The translations under genes and the position numbers were made by a program. From positions 640,001 to 704,000 of the forward strand of contig CAXXDQ010000004.1 in assembly GCA_963664325.2 (NCBI GenBank): a DNA stretch of 64,000 bases, in the 5' to 3' direction. This document shows, one piece after another, positions 40,448-49,455 of this stretch. Source of the DNA: Desulfomonilia bacterium. Its GTDB lineage: Bacteria > Desulfobacterota > Desulfomonilia > UBA1062. The notes below the pieces were generated by a model that saw nothing but the letters and a program-made list of their open reading frames with translations, made no database searches and was not told the origin of the DNA. Position 1 is the stretch's first letter. Every line of letters starts with the position of its first letter.

Positions 40448-41548
40448 ATGAGTCAACAATCACCTGAAAATCACTCAGTCATGATAATTGGCGGTGGCGT
40501 GACCGGCCTGGGTGTTGCCCTTGCCCTGGATGGTTTAGGCATCAATTCTGTAATCGTGGAAAAAAGCCCCAGGCTGGGAGGCAAGGTCAAGGATTACTCA
40601 AAAATATTCCCCGATTTCATAAGCGGCTGCGATATCGTCGGAGAAATGATCGCCAATGTGGAGCGCAATCCCCGAATCACCTGCCATGAGGATACGGTTA
40701 TTACAGGGGTTGCAAATGCTGACGGAGGGTTTGAAGTCCGGACCTCAGGGCACCAACGTATCGTGGTCAGGGCCATTGTCCTTGCGTGCGGTTTCGATGT
40801 CTTCGATGCCCGCTGCCAGGCGGAATATGGATACGGCATCTATCCCAATGTCATCAACGCCCTCGATCTTGAATCATACCTTAATCCGGATGGGCCGACC
40901 GGCGGGGCTCTGCTGCGGCCTTTCGATGGAAAGCCGGCCCAGCGAATCGCCATTGTCTTCTGTGTCGGATCCCGCAGTAAACGGCTTGGGAACCCTTACT
41001 GCTCCAGGATTTGCTGCTCTTACAGCACCAAGCAGGCCATAGAAATCATGGAGAACAATCCCGCAGCCAGCGTCACATGTTTCTATATGGATATTCGCAC
41101 CTACGGCCGGGGATTCGAGGAGATGTACCAATATGCGCAGGAACTGGGTGTCAAGTTTGTCCGCGGGCGCGTATCCGAATGCAGTGTTACGGCCGACGGC
41201 GACATCCAGGTCAGGACCGAGAATACCCTCCTGGGAAGACCCATGCAGGGCGTCTTCGACCTTGTATCCCTGTCGGTGGGCATGATGCCCTGTGTCGATG
41301 CTCCGTTCCTGACAGATCTGCTTCACATCGAACGCGGCACGGACAAATTTTTCTCCGCGAGAGACAACTATCTTGCACCACATGATACACACCAGGAGGG
41401 CATCTTCCTGGCGGGAAGCGTCACCGGTCTCAAACCTATCCAGGATTGCCTGAAGGAGGCCATGTCGGTAGCCGGCCGCGTTTTATCCTATCTCAGGACA
41501 TCAGATGGAGGAGCTGAAACAGGAGCGGAGAACCATGTCAGAGATTGA
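40448..41548 (+). CDS. Short HdrA-like flavoprotein
   Basis: IIGGGVTG, EYGYG, CVGSR..YCSRICC cluster motif, YMDIR, GIFLAG; lacks the ferredoxin insert. Confidence 0.9.
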   Translation: MSQQSPENHSVMIIGGGVTGLGVALALDGLGINSVIVEKSPRLGGKVKDYSKIFPDFISGCDIVGEMIANVERNPRITCHEDTVITGVANADGGFEVRTSGHQRIVVRAIVLACGFDVFDARCQAEYGYGIYPNVINALDLESYLNPDGPTGGALLRPFDGKPAQRIAIVFCVGSRSKRLGNPYCSRICCSYSTKQAIEIMENNPAASVTCFYMDIRTYGRGFEEMYQYAQELGVKFVRGRVSECSVTADGDIQVRTENTLLGRPMQGVFDLVSLSVGMMPCVDAPFLTDLLHIERGTDKFFSARDNYLAPHDTHQEGIFLAGSVTGLKPIQDCLKEAMSVAGRVLSYLRTSDGGAETGAENHVRD

Positions 41549-42779
41549 TTATGGCTGGAAATTGAAAGGCATACCGGTCCGTGTCTGTGCGGACCGCTCT
41601 CTAATGTCGGATGAATCCACACATCAGATGGAGAAGGCGCTCCGGCAAATGAGCATGGAGTATTATGCACTGGATAAGTGCATGCAGTGCGGCATATGTT
41701 CCAGTTCATGTCCGAACGGTCTTGTGAATGACAACGCACCGTTTTCACCGAGGACATTCATCCAGCGCGTACGCTTGGGATTGCTGAACCTGTCGGAAGA
41801 CGAGCTTTGGAAATGCACCCATTGCGGGAACTGTCAAATGATGTGCCCCTATGAGATACCGTTCCTTGATGTCATGAACAGCCTGCGCAATCTGGTGATT
41901 GAACAGGGCGTGGGGCATGTGCCCGTCTCCATCAGGAGCGCCCTGGCGTCCATTGCTTCCTGCGGGAATCCCTGGAAGACGGATGCTGCTGAAAGAATCG
42001 CCTGGCTTAAGCAGCTGGACATCCCGCGTGGTGCCGGAGACGAGGAAACAACGGTATATCTCTTTCTGGGATGTATGGCCGGGTATGATCAAAGGTCTCG
42101 CAGGACTGCTGAAACTGCCATGCGGCTGCTTGCCAGAGCCGGAATGGCGTTCGAAATTCTTGAGGCCGAGGAGGTCTGCTGCGGGGATTCAGTCCGTCGC
42201 GTCGGCGACGTTGCCACCTTCAACAAGGTGATGCGGACGAACAAGCAGAGCATGGTGTCCAAAGGCGTCCGGACGATCTATACACTCTCTCCACACTGTT
42301 ATGAGAGCATACATGACCTTTACGAATGGGAAGAAAGTCAGAAAATCAGGGTCATTCCCTTCTTGACGATACTGCACCAGTGGATGGCTGATGGAACATT
42401 CTCTCCGATGAAGGAACTTAAGGAAAGGGTCACCTTCCATGACCCATGTTTTTTCAGCAAGCATCTGGGTCTGGTGGATGAACCGCGACATATTCTTGAA
42501 AGTATCCAGGGGCTGGAATATGTTGAAATGGAGCATTACGGGAAGAGAAGTCTGTGCTGCGGCGGCGGCGGAGGTGGAATCTGGCGGGATGCGGCAAAGG
42601 GTGAACGGCTGGCCGAGCTGCGATTGGCGGAGGCCTTGAAGACTGGGGCGGACAGAATTATCACTAGCTGTCCCTATTGCCAGGCCATGCTCGAGGATGC
42701 CAGAAAAGGGGATGAAAGGTTTTCACAGCTGGAAATCATGGACATATGCGAATTGGTCTGGAAAGGAATAACCCTATGA
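41535..42779 (+). CDS. Fused HdrC/HdrB-type (HdrD/GlpC-like) Fe-S oxidoreductase
   Basis: CMQCGICSSSCP, CTHCGNCQMMCP, two CCG domains (EVCCG; HDPC..LCCGGGGG..SCPYC); start refined to 41535. Confidence 0.88.
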   Translation: MSEIDYGWKLKGIPVRVCADRSLMSDESTHQMEKALRQMSMEYYALDKCMQCGICSSSCPNGLVNDNAPFSPRTFIQRVRLGLLNLSEDELWKCTHCGNCQMMCPYEIPFLDVMNSLRNLVIEQGVGHVPVSIRSALASIASCGNPWKTDAAERIAWLKQLDIPRGAGDEETTVYLFLGCMAGYDQRSRRTAETAMRLLARAGMAFEILEAEEVCCGDSVRRVGDVATFNKVMRTNKQSMVSKGVRTIYTLSPHCYESIHDLYEWEESQKIRVIPFLTILHQWMADGTFSPMKELKERVTFHDPCFFSKHLGLVDEPRHILESIQGLEYVEMEHYGKRSLCCGGGGGGIWRDAAKGERLAELRLAEALKTGADRIITSCPYCQAMLEDARKGDERFSQLEIMDICELVWKGITL

Positions 42780-43157
42780 TGATAATCAGCTCAGGAGATC
42801 GCCTGATAACGGAACGTATTTCCAAGGCATGGACGTGCAGCAGTCCGCCCCGCTGCAAGGACTGTGTTCAGCCCCGCAATATAAAATTATATCTGACCGC
42901 CATGCCGCATGTCTTGATAGAAGAGGACGCTGATGCCGGAATCGGGGCTTGTTTCCAAGCTGGCCGGGATGTGCCCGATAAAAAGATTTTGCTTGGCAAT
43001 ACAGCTCAATTCTTTAAATAACATTTAAGGGGAGAAAAAATGAAAGCTATCCATCACATTGGAAATTGCAGTTTGTGCTCAGGACAGGGCCGGCAACTGT
43101 TTGTGGAAGGGGGTATGGAGCAATGGCTGAGGCATTCAAGCGAGCAAGGGTGCTGTC

Positions 43158-44765
43158 ATGAGTAACGCAGCCAATCCGGCCAGCCTCGATCTGTCGACTG
43201 AGGAATTGCTCACATTTGGGGGAGACAGCAGGAGTCTGATAGGTAGCAATGGCCTTACGCAATATGGTACCTGTTCTTTTCCCAGCCAAGCCGTTCCGTT
43301 CGGCTCCTGCACGGCTTCTTCGCCAATCCAGCGCGTTTACGATGCCGCTGTGTCCATGCACGTATTGCTTCGCAACGCTCATGCCAGGGGAGAATTGAAG
43401 CAGCAGATCCGCCGGAGCTATCAGCAGATCGATGCGGCTATTCACCATTATCTGAATATCGCGAAACAAGACGTCTGCGTAGCATTAACGCCTTCGGGTA
43501 CCGATGCCGAATTCATAGCCCTGGTGCTGGCACTCGGCGACAGGAGCCGTCCGCTCTGCAACATAGTGGTAGGTCCCCAAGAGATCGGGAGTGGAAGTTC
43601 TACCGCGGCGGCGGGGTTATATTTCGATTCTGTTGTGCCGCATGGTCCCTCCCAGACAAAAGACACTCCGGTCGCATCAGAGATTGCCGGCCTTGTACAT
43701 GTGGAGACGATCTCGCTTCGCGATGCTGACGGTCGTGTCCGCGAACCAGATAATCTCGACGCCGCGACTGAAGAGTTGGTGCATCAGGCGATAGCGAAAA
43801 ACGAACGCGTGCTCATCCACCTTGTGGCCCATAGTAAAACCGGGGTCCACGCGCCCAGCATATCGATGGTACGTACGCTTCAGCGTAAATACCCCGGTGA
43901 TATAATGGTCCTGGTTGATGCCGCCCAAGGGCGCTTCAGCCGCCAGGGATTGCTCTCCGTGTTGTCTGACGGTTTTCTGGTCCTGATCACCGGCTCCAAG
44001 TTCTATGGAGGGCCTCCGTTTTCCGGCGCTTTGATGGTCCCGGGGTGCTATGATCGCATTGTAAGGACGCTGCCGCCCCTTCCTGTCGAGTTTGGGAACT
44101 ACTTCAGCCGGTGGGACTTCCCAAAAGAATGGTCAAACATAACCTCTGAACTTCCTCACGACTATAATCTAGGACTGCTGGTCCGATGGGCTGCTGCCAT
44201 AGAGGCATTTCGTGCTTATTACTCGGTTCCAGGGCTTACCCGATTCGCCATCTTGCGGCGTTTTGAGGGTGTCGTACCGCGGGAATATGCGAAGTTCCCC
44301 TGGTTCGAACTTGACCGGGTCGTTCCCGTGCAATTTCCGGCCGGCGAGGAAAGGCTGCTGGAGTCGAAGACAACCGTGTTCCCTTTCCGCATGCGTATGC
44401 CCACATCCACCGGAGAGCCGAAATATCTGTTAAACGCTGAGCTGAAACGTGTATTTGAGTGGCTCAATGAAGACATCTCGCGCTTTGCAGCTAATGATTC
44501 CATTGCCACCAGAAGATCACTCGCTTTGAAGTTCCATCTTGGACAACCGGTTTTTAAAGGAGACGCGAAACATCCGGCCGTGCTGCGGATCGCCCTGGGC
44601 GCTGCCCTGGTGACGGAAGTGGGGATGAACCGGTCCTACGGCGCTGCACTGGACGATCGTCTCAATTGGCTCGATGATCAGGTCCGAATGGTGCTTGCCA
44701 AGCTGGACTGGATTCACAAACATCATGACATGCTTGCAGCCGGCAGTAAGGACCCTTCCCGGTGA
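43158..44765 (+). CDS. Uncharacterised fold-type-I PLP-dependent enzyme (class V-like)
   Basis: TPSGTDAE, VDAAQGR, ITGSKFYGGPPFSG (putative PLP Lys). Confidence 0.75.
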   Translation: MSNAANPASLDLSTEELLTFGGDSRSLIGSNGLTQYGTCSFPSQAVPFGSCTASSPIQRVYDAAVSMHVLLRNAHARGELKQQIRRSYQQIDAAIHHYLNIAKQDVCVALTPSGTDAEFIALVLALGDRSRPLCNIVVGPQEIGSGSSTAAAGLYFDSVVPHGPSQTKDTPVASEIAGLVHVETISLRDADGRVREPDNLDAATEELVHQAIAKNERVLIHLVAHSKTGVHAPSISMVRTLQRKYPGDIMVLVDAAQGRFSRQGLLSVLSDGFLVLITGSKFYGGPPFSGALMVPGCYDRIVRTLPPLPVEFGNYFSRWDFPKEWSNITSELPHDYNLGLLVRWAAAIEAFRAYYSVPGLTRFAILRRFEGVVPREYAKFPWFELDRVVPVQFPAGEERLLESKTTVFPFRMRMPTSTGEPKYLLNAELKRVFEWLNEDISRFAANDSIATRRSLALKFHLGQPVFKGDAKHPAVLRIALGAALVTEVGMNRSYGAALDDRLNWLDDQVRMVLAKLDWIHKHHDMLAAGSKDPSR

Positions 44766-46072
44766 GCACATCAGAGTCTATGCCGAGCGAGAGAATCCCT
44801 GTCGACGTTGCAGCTGAGGTATTTCGCAGGGCCCGCGCGTCCGGGATGCTTTCATTGCTAGACACAGCCGTCATTTTTCACGATCTCGGCCGGCTCTCAG
44901 ACCGAATTGCATTGCTCCGGCAACTTTTTCCCGAATCCGCCCTCCATACACTGGCAGTCAAAGCCAATCCCCTTGTCGCGGTGTTGAGGCATGCAGTCAA
45001 ATCCGGAGCCGGTCTTGAAGCGGCATCAATGGAGGAGGTCCACCTCGCAATGGCAGCCGGCTGTCCCCCAGAGATGATCCTCTTCGATTCTCCTGCCAAG
45101 ACCACCGGCGAACTGGCCTTTGCTCTTAAAAAAGGTATTCGCATCAATGCGGACAGCCTTGAAGAGCTTGAACGGATCAAAGCCCTTCATGCCGCCGGGA
45201 ATTCAAACGGAACTGTCGGGCTGCGCGTCAACCCGACGGTAGGCAGCGGTTCCATCGCCGCAACCAGCGTAGCAACACGAGGCTCTCGCTTTGGAGTTTC
45301 GCTCGATGATGGTGGCGAAGCGGCCGTGGTTGAGGCTTTCAAGTCCTGCCCGTGGCTATGCGGTCTGCATGTCCATGTGGGTTCCCAAGGCTGTGAACTG
45401 CCTCTTCTCACAGCAGCGGCAAAACGTGTATGGCAACTCCGGCAAACCATACATAATGAACTTCGACGTACCCAGGTCGGCATCGTCGATATCGGCGGGG
45501 GTGTTCCGGCTATTTATTCCGATTCGGATCATCATTTTTCGTTTCATGATTACGCTGAAGCACTTCGGATTGAAGCTCCAGGACTCTTTGCTCCTGATGT
45601 GAGGCTCATTACCGAGTTTGGCCGGGCCATCCAGGCGAACTGCGGTTTCACCGTTGCCCGGGTCGAGTATGTCAAGCGTGCTCACAGCACAAATGTTGCC
45701 GTCATCCATCTCGGTGCGGATTTCCTGTTGAGGCCTGTTTATCAGCCGGAGTTCTGGCACCACGATTTCGCACTCCTTGATTCTCAGGGAGAAGTGAAAT
45801 CCGGGGCAGTCGAACCCTGGTCGCTTGCAGGTCCTCTTTGTTTTTCAGGAGACTACTGCGCCAGGGGTGTGATGCTCCCGCCTCCAAGCCCTGGTGACCA
45901 TATACTCATCCGGGACACCGGAGCCTACACCCTGGGGTTATGGTCGCGTCACTGCAGTCGCGCCATTCCTCTGGCGCTGGGATATGACGACTCTGGCAAA
46001 CGGCAGGATGGCTTTGTTACCCTGCGTCATCGAGAGACCTTCAACGACATCGTATCATTCTGGAGTCCATAA
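44762..46072 (+). CDS. Diaminopimelate-decarboxylase-like PLP enzyme (Orn/DAP/Arg decarboxylase family)
   Basis: AVKAN (PLP Lys), EAASMEE, HVHVGSQ, DIGGG, EFGR, GPLCFSGD, DTGAY; GTGA overlap with the upstream gene. Confidence 0.88.
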   Translation: MSTSESMPSERIPVDVAAEVFRRARASGMLSLLDTAVIFHDLGRLSDRIALLRQLFPESALHTLAVKANPLVAVLRHAVKSGAGLEAASMEEVHLAMAAGCPPEMILFDSPAKTTGELAFALKKGIRINADSLEELERIKALHAAGNSNGTVGLRVNPTVGSGSIAATSVATRGSRFGVSLDDGGEAAVVEAFKSCPWLCGLHVHVGSQGCELPLLTAAAKRVWQLRQTIHNELRRTQVGIVDIGGGVPAIYSDSDHHFSFHDYAEALRIEAPGLFAPDVRLITEFGRAIQANCGFTVARVEYVKRAHSTNVAVIHLGADFLLRPVYQPEFWHHDFALLDSQGEVKSGAVEPWSLAGPLCFSGDYCARGVMLPPPSPGDHILIRDTGAYTLGLWSRHCSRAIPLALGYDDSGKRQDGFVTLRHRETFNDIVSFWSP

Positions 46073-46189
46073 GGCATGAAAACAACAAGAGGTCAGGAAT
46101 CTTCAGATTAAAGAGGTCATGTTCATAGGCATATTTTACAATCCTATTAGGCCAGCTAAAAGTTATTTAGGAATCAACGTCGCCTTTTG

Positions 46190-46498
46190 GCCGTGAAATT
46201 TTCCGCCGTATTCTCTCTAGCCTTATGGGGAACGGCATGGCCAAAGGCCATTCACCGGCCGACTTCAATCTTGCCGGCCGCATCATAAAGGACATTTGCT
46301 ACAACAACGCCAGAAAATATCTAAGACTTGAATGACGCATATAAACCATTGCATGGGACAGGCCATTTTAATTATGATTGAAAGTATATCCTGTGCCATA
46401 GTGATCCTCTTTCGGTCGATATGTATATTTTGTGTATATCGTCATCAGATCATAATCTTTCCGGTTACATTGAAGTTGTCATCTGTCACAGCTGTATG
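46190..46498 (+). repeat. Direct repeat C, right copy (uxaC 3' fragment)
   Basis: Encodes REIFRRILSSLMGNGMAKG..PADFNLAGRIIKDICYNNARKYLRLE*; offset 8728 from the left copy over the core. Confidence 0.92.
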
Positions 46499-46761
46499 CA
46501 GTTTAAGTTGATGCTCCAAATCCTGTATTTACAGATTGCAAGTCTGAAATAATTAGGTCTTCTTAAAATCAACATCTGTCGCGATTGATATGTAATTGCC
46601 TCCTGCTGCAAGGCATCTTTATATGTAAAAGCAAACTTTCATTGCAGTGCAATAGAATGATGATTAATAATTATATATCTTAGAAACAATTAATTCTGTT
46701 TTAATGACCCTCTAATAACACAGGGATTAAAGGTAAACAAAAAAACAGGAGGATTTAATCA

Positions 46762-47058
46762 ATGAAAAAGGCAATAGTTGGTTTTTTGGTACTTGTAGCA
46801 TTCACATTCATGGTAACCGCGGCATTTGCAGCAGATGCGGCAGCACCAGCGGCACCGGCAGACAAGGCGGCACCGGCAGTAACAGCAGACAAGGCGGCAC
46901 CGGCGGCTGACAAGGCGGCACCGGCAGACAAGAAGGCGGAAAAGAAGGCAAAGAAAGCAAAGAAGTCAAAGAAGGCAAAGAAGACGGAAAAGAAGGCAGA
47001 CGCAGCGGCACCGGCAGCGCCGGCTGAAGCAGCGGCACCGGCAGCACCGGCAAAGTAA
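46762..47058 (+). CDS. Small exported Ala/Pro/Lys-rich low-complexity protein
   Basis: AGGAGG RBS, signal peptide ending AFA, ADKAAP repeats (GCAGACAAGGCGGCACCG), central Lys-rich block. Confidence 0.85.
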   Translation: MKKAIVGFLVLVAFTFMVTAAFAADAAAPAAPADKAAPAVTADKAAPAADKAAPADKKAEKKAKKAKKSKKAKKTEKKADAAAPAAPAEAAAPAAPAK

Positions 47059-47087
47059 GATAGGTAAACGGAATAAATGGTCCGTGA

Positions 47088-47453
47088 ATGAAAAAGCTAA
47101 TAATACTGCTGATCATTCTCGGGCTGACTTTAATGAATTGCTTTGCAGAAAAGGCGGCAGTCCCGAAAAAGGATGCCGCTTTTTCAAATAAGGAAGCTAA
47201 GGAATTTGTAGCAACCGGATATGTAGAGACAGTCATTTCTGCCGATCCTGAACAAGGCCAGAAATCAAAAATAATCATTGTAACGGATGATGGCAAAAGG
47301 ATAATCTTTTTTGTCAGAAAGACCACAACAATCTATGACAGTGATATGAAAGACAAAAGCCTTTCAAAAATACTTATCAAAACAAGGGTGAAAGTAGGAT
47401 ACAGATCAGATAAAGACGGGTTCTATGAAGCCCTTTCTATTACTGAGATATAA
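47088..47453 (+). CDS. Hypothetical exported protein (possible OB fold)
   Basis: Signal peptide; short beta-strand pattern; 121 aa. Confidence 0.7.
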   Translation: MKKLIILLIILGLTLMNCFAEKAAVPKKDAAFSNKEAKEFVATGYVETVISADPEQGQKSKIIIVTDDGKRIIFFVRKTTTIYDSDMKDKSLSKILIKTRVKVGYRSDKDGFYEALSITEI

Positions 47454-47556
47454 AAAATGCGCAAAACAAACATATGTAGGATCAGGTGCACTATAGTAAA
47501 AAATTCCCGGAATAGATATTATGATATTTAAGGAATAAATTAATAAGGAGAATATT

Positions 47557-48558
47557 ATGAAGAAATTGGTCGTTGTTTTATTTATCATGGCGCTAGCTGC
47601 AGCAGGTTGTTCAAAGAACAAGGAAGAAACAGCTAAACCCGGAGAAAAGCAGATAAAATTTTCGCCTAACGTTATCGCAAAGGTCGGATCAACAGAAATC
47701 AAGGAATCTGATATTGATGCGATTTTGTCACAGATTCCCGAGCCGTACCGTGCGCGTTATGCGACGCCTGAGGCGAAGAGGGAGATCATCGAGAAGATGG
47801 CTGAAGTCAAAATGATGGCAATGGAAGCGAAGAAGAAAGGCATAGACAAGAAGCCTGCCACGAAACTGAAGCTGGAGTATATCGGAGACCAGATACTGGC
47901 GCGGGACCTTGAGGAATCGGCGGTGGAGAATATAAAGATCAGCGATGCCGACATAACCAAGTATTATAACGACAACAAGGATAAATTTGCACAGGGGCCG
48001 AGGGTTAAGGTAAGGCATATCCTTGTCAATACGGAACCTGAGGCAAAGGCCATCCTTGCCCAGTTAAAAGGTGGCGCCGACTTCTCCAAACTTGCAAAGG
48101 AAAAGTCAAAATGTCCTTCGGCACCTAGAGGCGGAGACCTTGGATGGGTGACACAAGGCAGAATGGACCCGGCGTTCGAAAAGGCCGCATTTGCTCTCAA
48201 GAAGGGACAGATGAGCGGGATCGTGAAATCCTCTTTCGGTTATCATATTATAATCTGCGACGATATCGAGGCCAAGAAAGAAAAGGACCTTAAAGATATC
48301 AAGCCTCAGATTGAGAAACAGCTGCAGAGGGAAAAGAGAGAGGAAGTTACAAACAAGCTCAAAGAGCAGGTTAAGAAAGATTTCCCGATTGCAATAAACG
48401 AGGAATATTTCAAGAAGGCGAAGGAAGAAGCCGCCAAAAAGGCGCCGGCTGCTCCTGGTGAACCCGGTGAAGGAATGCCTGGCGCGCCGGCTCCGGCACC
48501 AAAGGCCGGACAGCAGGCTCCGGGCGCAGCAGCTCCGCAGGCAAAACCGGCAAAATAA
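47557..48558 (+). CDS. PpiC/parvulin-type peptidyl-prolyl isomerase lipoprotein (PrsA-like)
   Basis: Lipobox AAGC; VRHILV, FSKLAKEKS, GGDLGW, FEKAAF, SSFGYHII. Confidence 0.93.
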   Translation: MKKLVVVLFIMALAAAGCSKNKEETAKPGEKQIKFSPNVIAKVGSTEIKESDIDAILSQIPEPYRARYATPEAKREIIEKMAEVKMMAMEAKKKGIDKKPATKLKLEYIGDQILARDLEESAVENIKISDADITKYYNDNKDKFAQGPRVKVRHILVNTEPEAKAILAQLKGGADFSKLAKEKSKCPSAPRGGDLGWVTQGRMDPAFEKAAFALKKGQMSGIVKSSFGYHIIICDDIEAKKEKDLKDIKPQIEKQLQREKREEVTNKLKEQVKKDFPIAINEEYFKKAKEEAAKKAPAAPGEPGEGMPGAPAPAPKAGQQAPGAAAPQAKPAK

Positions 48559-48569
48559 GGTAATCAGAA

Positions 48570-48598
48570 TGAGGGATGCTGAATCTGGCATCCCTCAT
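48570..48598 (+). terminator. Stem-loop after the PPIase gene
   Basis: TGAGGGATGC...GCATCCCTCA inverted repeat; no U-tract, so it may be leaky or stabilising. Confidence 0.5.
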
Positions 48599-48658
48599 GA
48601 AAGTGAGCAGTTCTAAATGGATGATGAGAATTATATTATGTATTTCGGAGACTTTTGA

Positions 48659-49360
48659 ATGCTGAATCCGAAAAAAATCATTACAGGTTTAACTGTTATT
48701 TTGTTTCTGATCATCTCTGCCAATGCGAGTGCGGCTCCTAAAGCTTTGGTTAACGAACTTGAGTATAACGTTGGAGAAATCCCGCAAGGGAAACCGATTA
48801 TTCATGACTTTATTATCAAAAATACTGGCGACAAGCCTCTGGAAATAAAAGTCGGACATTGTTGAGGGGTTAAAATCAGTGCCCCGGCGGGGCCGATCAA
48901 ACCAGGAAAATCAGGAAAAATTAGAGTGGAGATAAATTCATCCTATCAAAAGGATTCATATAAGAAAGATATAGAGGTCACCACAAATGATCCTGATAAA
49001 AGCACTTTTAAACTAACAGTTCTTGCCATGATCAGGGAGAGCCTTTCGATTATTCCGCAATATGTAAATTTCGGTTCCGTGCCTGCAAATGCAAAGCTTG
49101 ACATGCCCGTTAAAATTACAAACAAAGGCAAGGATAACGTAACTGTAAGTCTGGTTAATGTTAATCCTGCAGCCAACTTCAGCATTTCACCAAAATTTAA
49201 AAACATGCTCATCAAGCCTGGCAAAACAAAAGATTTATTATTAAGACTGGATTCAGGTATGAAATCCGGTGTGATTGAAGGGTCAGTTTTAATCAGAACC
49301 AGCCTTCCTTATATTCCCCAAAAGATCATACCAGTAAGCGCAGCGGTAATTCCCCGCTGA
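48659..49360 (+). CDS. Exported DUF1573-like Ig-fold protein, probable selenoprotein (Cys68-Sec69)
   Basis: ORFs 48659-48865 and 48926-49360 are in one frame, joined by a single TGA (48863-48865): HDFIIKNTGDKPLEIKVGHC-U-GVKISAPAGPIKPGKSGKIRV...TNDP; signal peptide; 233 aa. Confidence 0.8.
48875..48897 (+). promoter_or_regulatory. SECIS-like hairpin of the DUF1573 gene
   Basis: ATC..GCCCC-GGC-GGGGC..GAT; G-initiated loop 20 nt after the UGA; a GC-rich island in an AT-rich gene. Confidence 0.65.
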
Positions 49361-49455
49361 TCATTATGTAAAAAAAGACCTCCAGTCAGAAAATAGAGTA
49401 TTTGGCAAAACATATTATCACTGCTAAGGATCTTGTAAGGAGGAGTTTTTAATTT

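Noticed and set aside
42776-43021. ORF overlapping the end of the Fe-S gene
   Set aside because: No recognisable family; probably a truncation junction.
46081-46140. Two AAGAGGTCA motifs resembling REP/RAYT-associated ends
   Set aside because: Too short and degenerate; no transposase nearby.
46820-47055. Regular GC-rich repeats resembling a CRISPR or VNTR
   Set aside because: In-frame coding repeats of the Ala/Pro/Lys-rich protein; no unique spacers and no cas genes.
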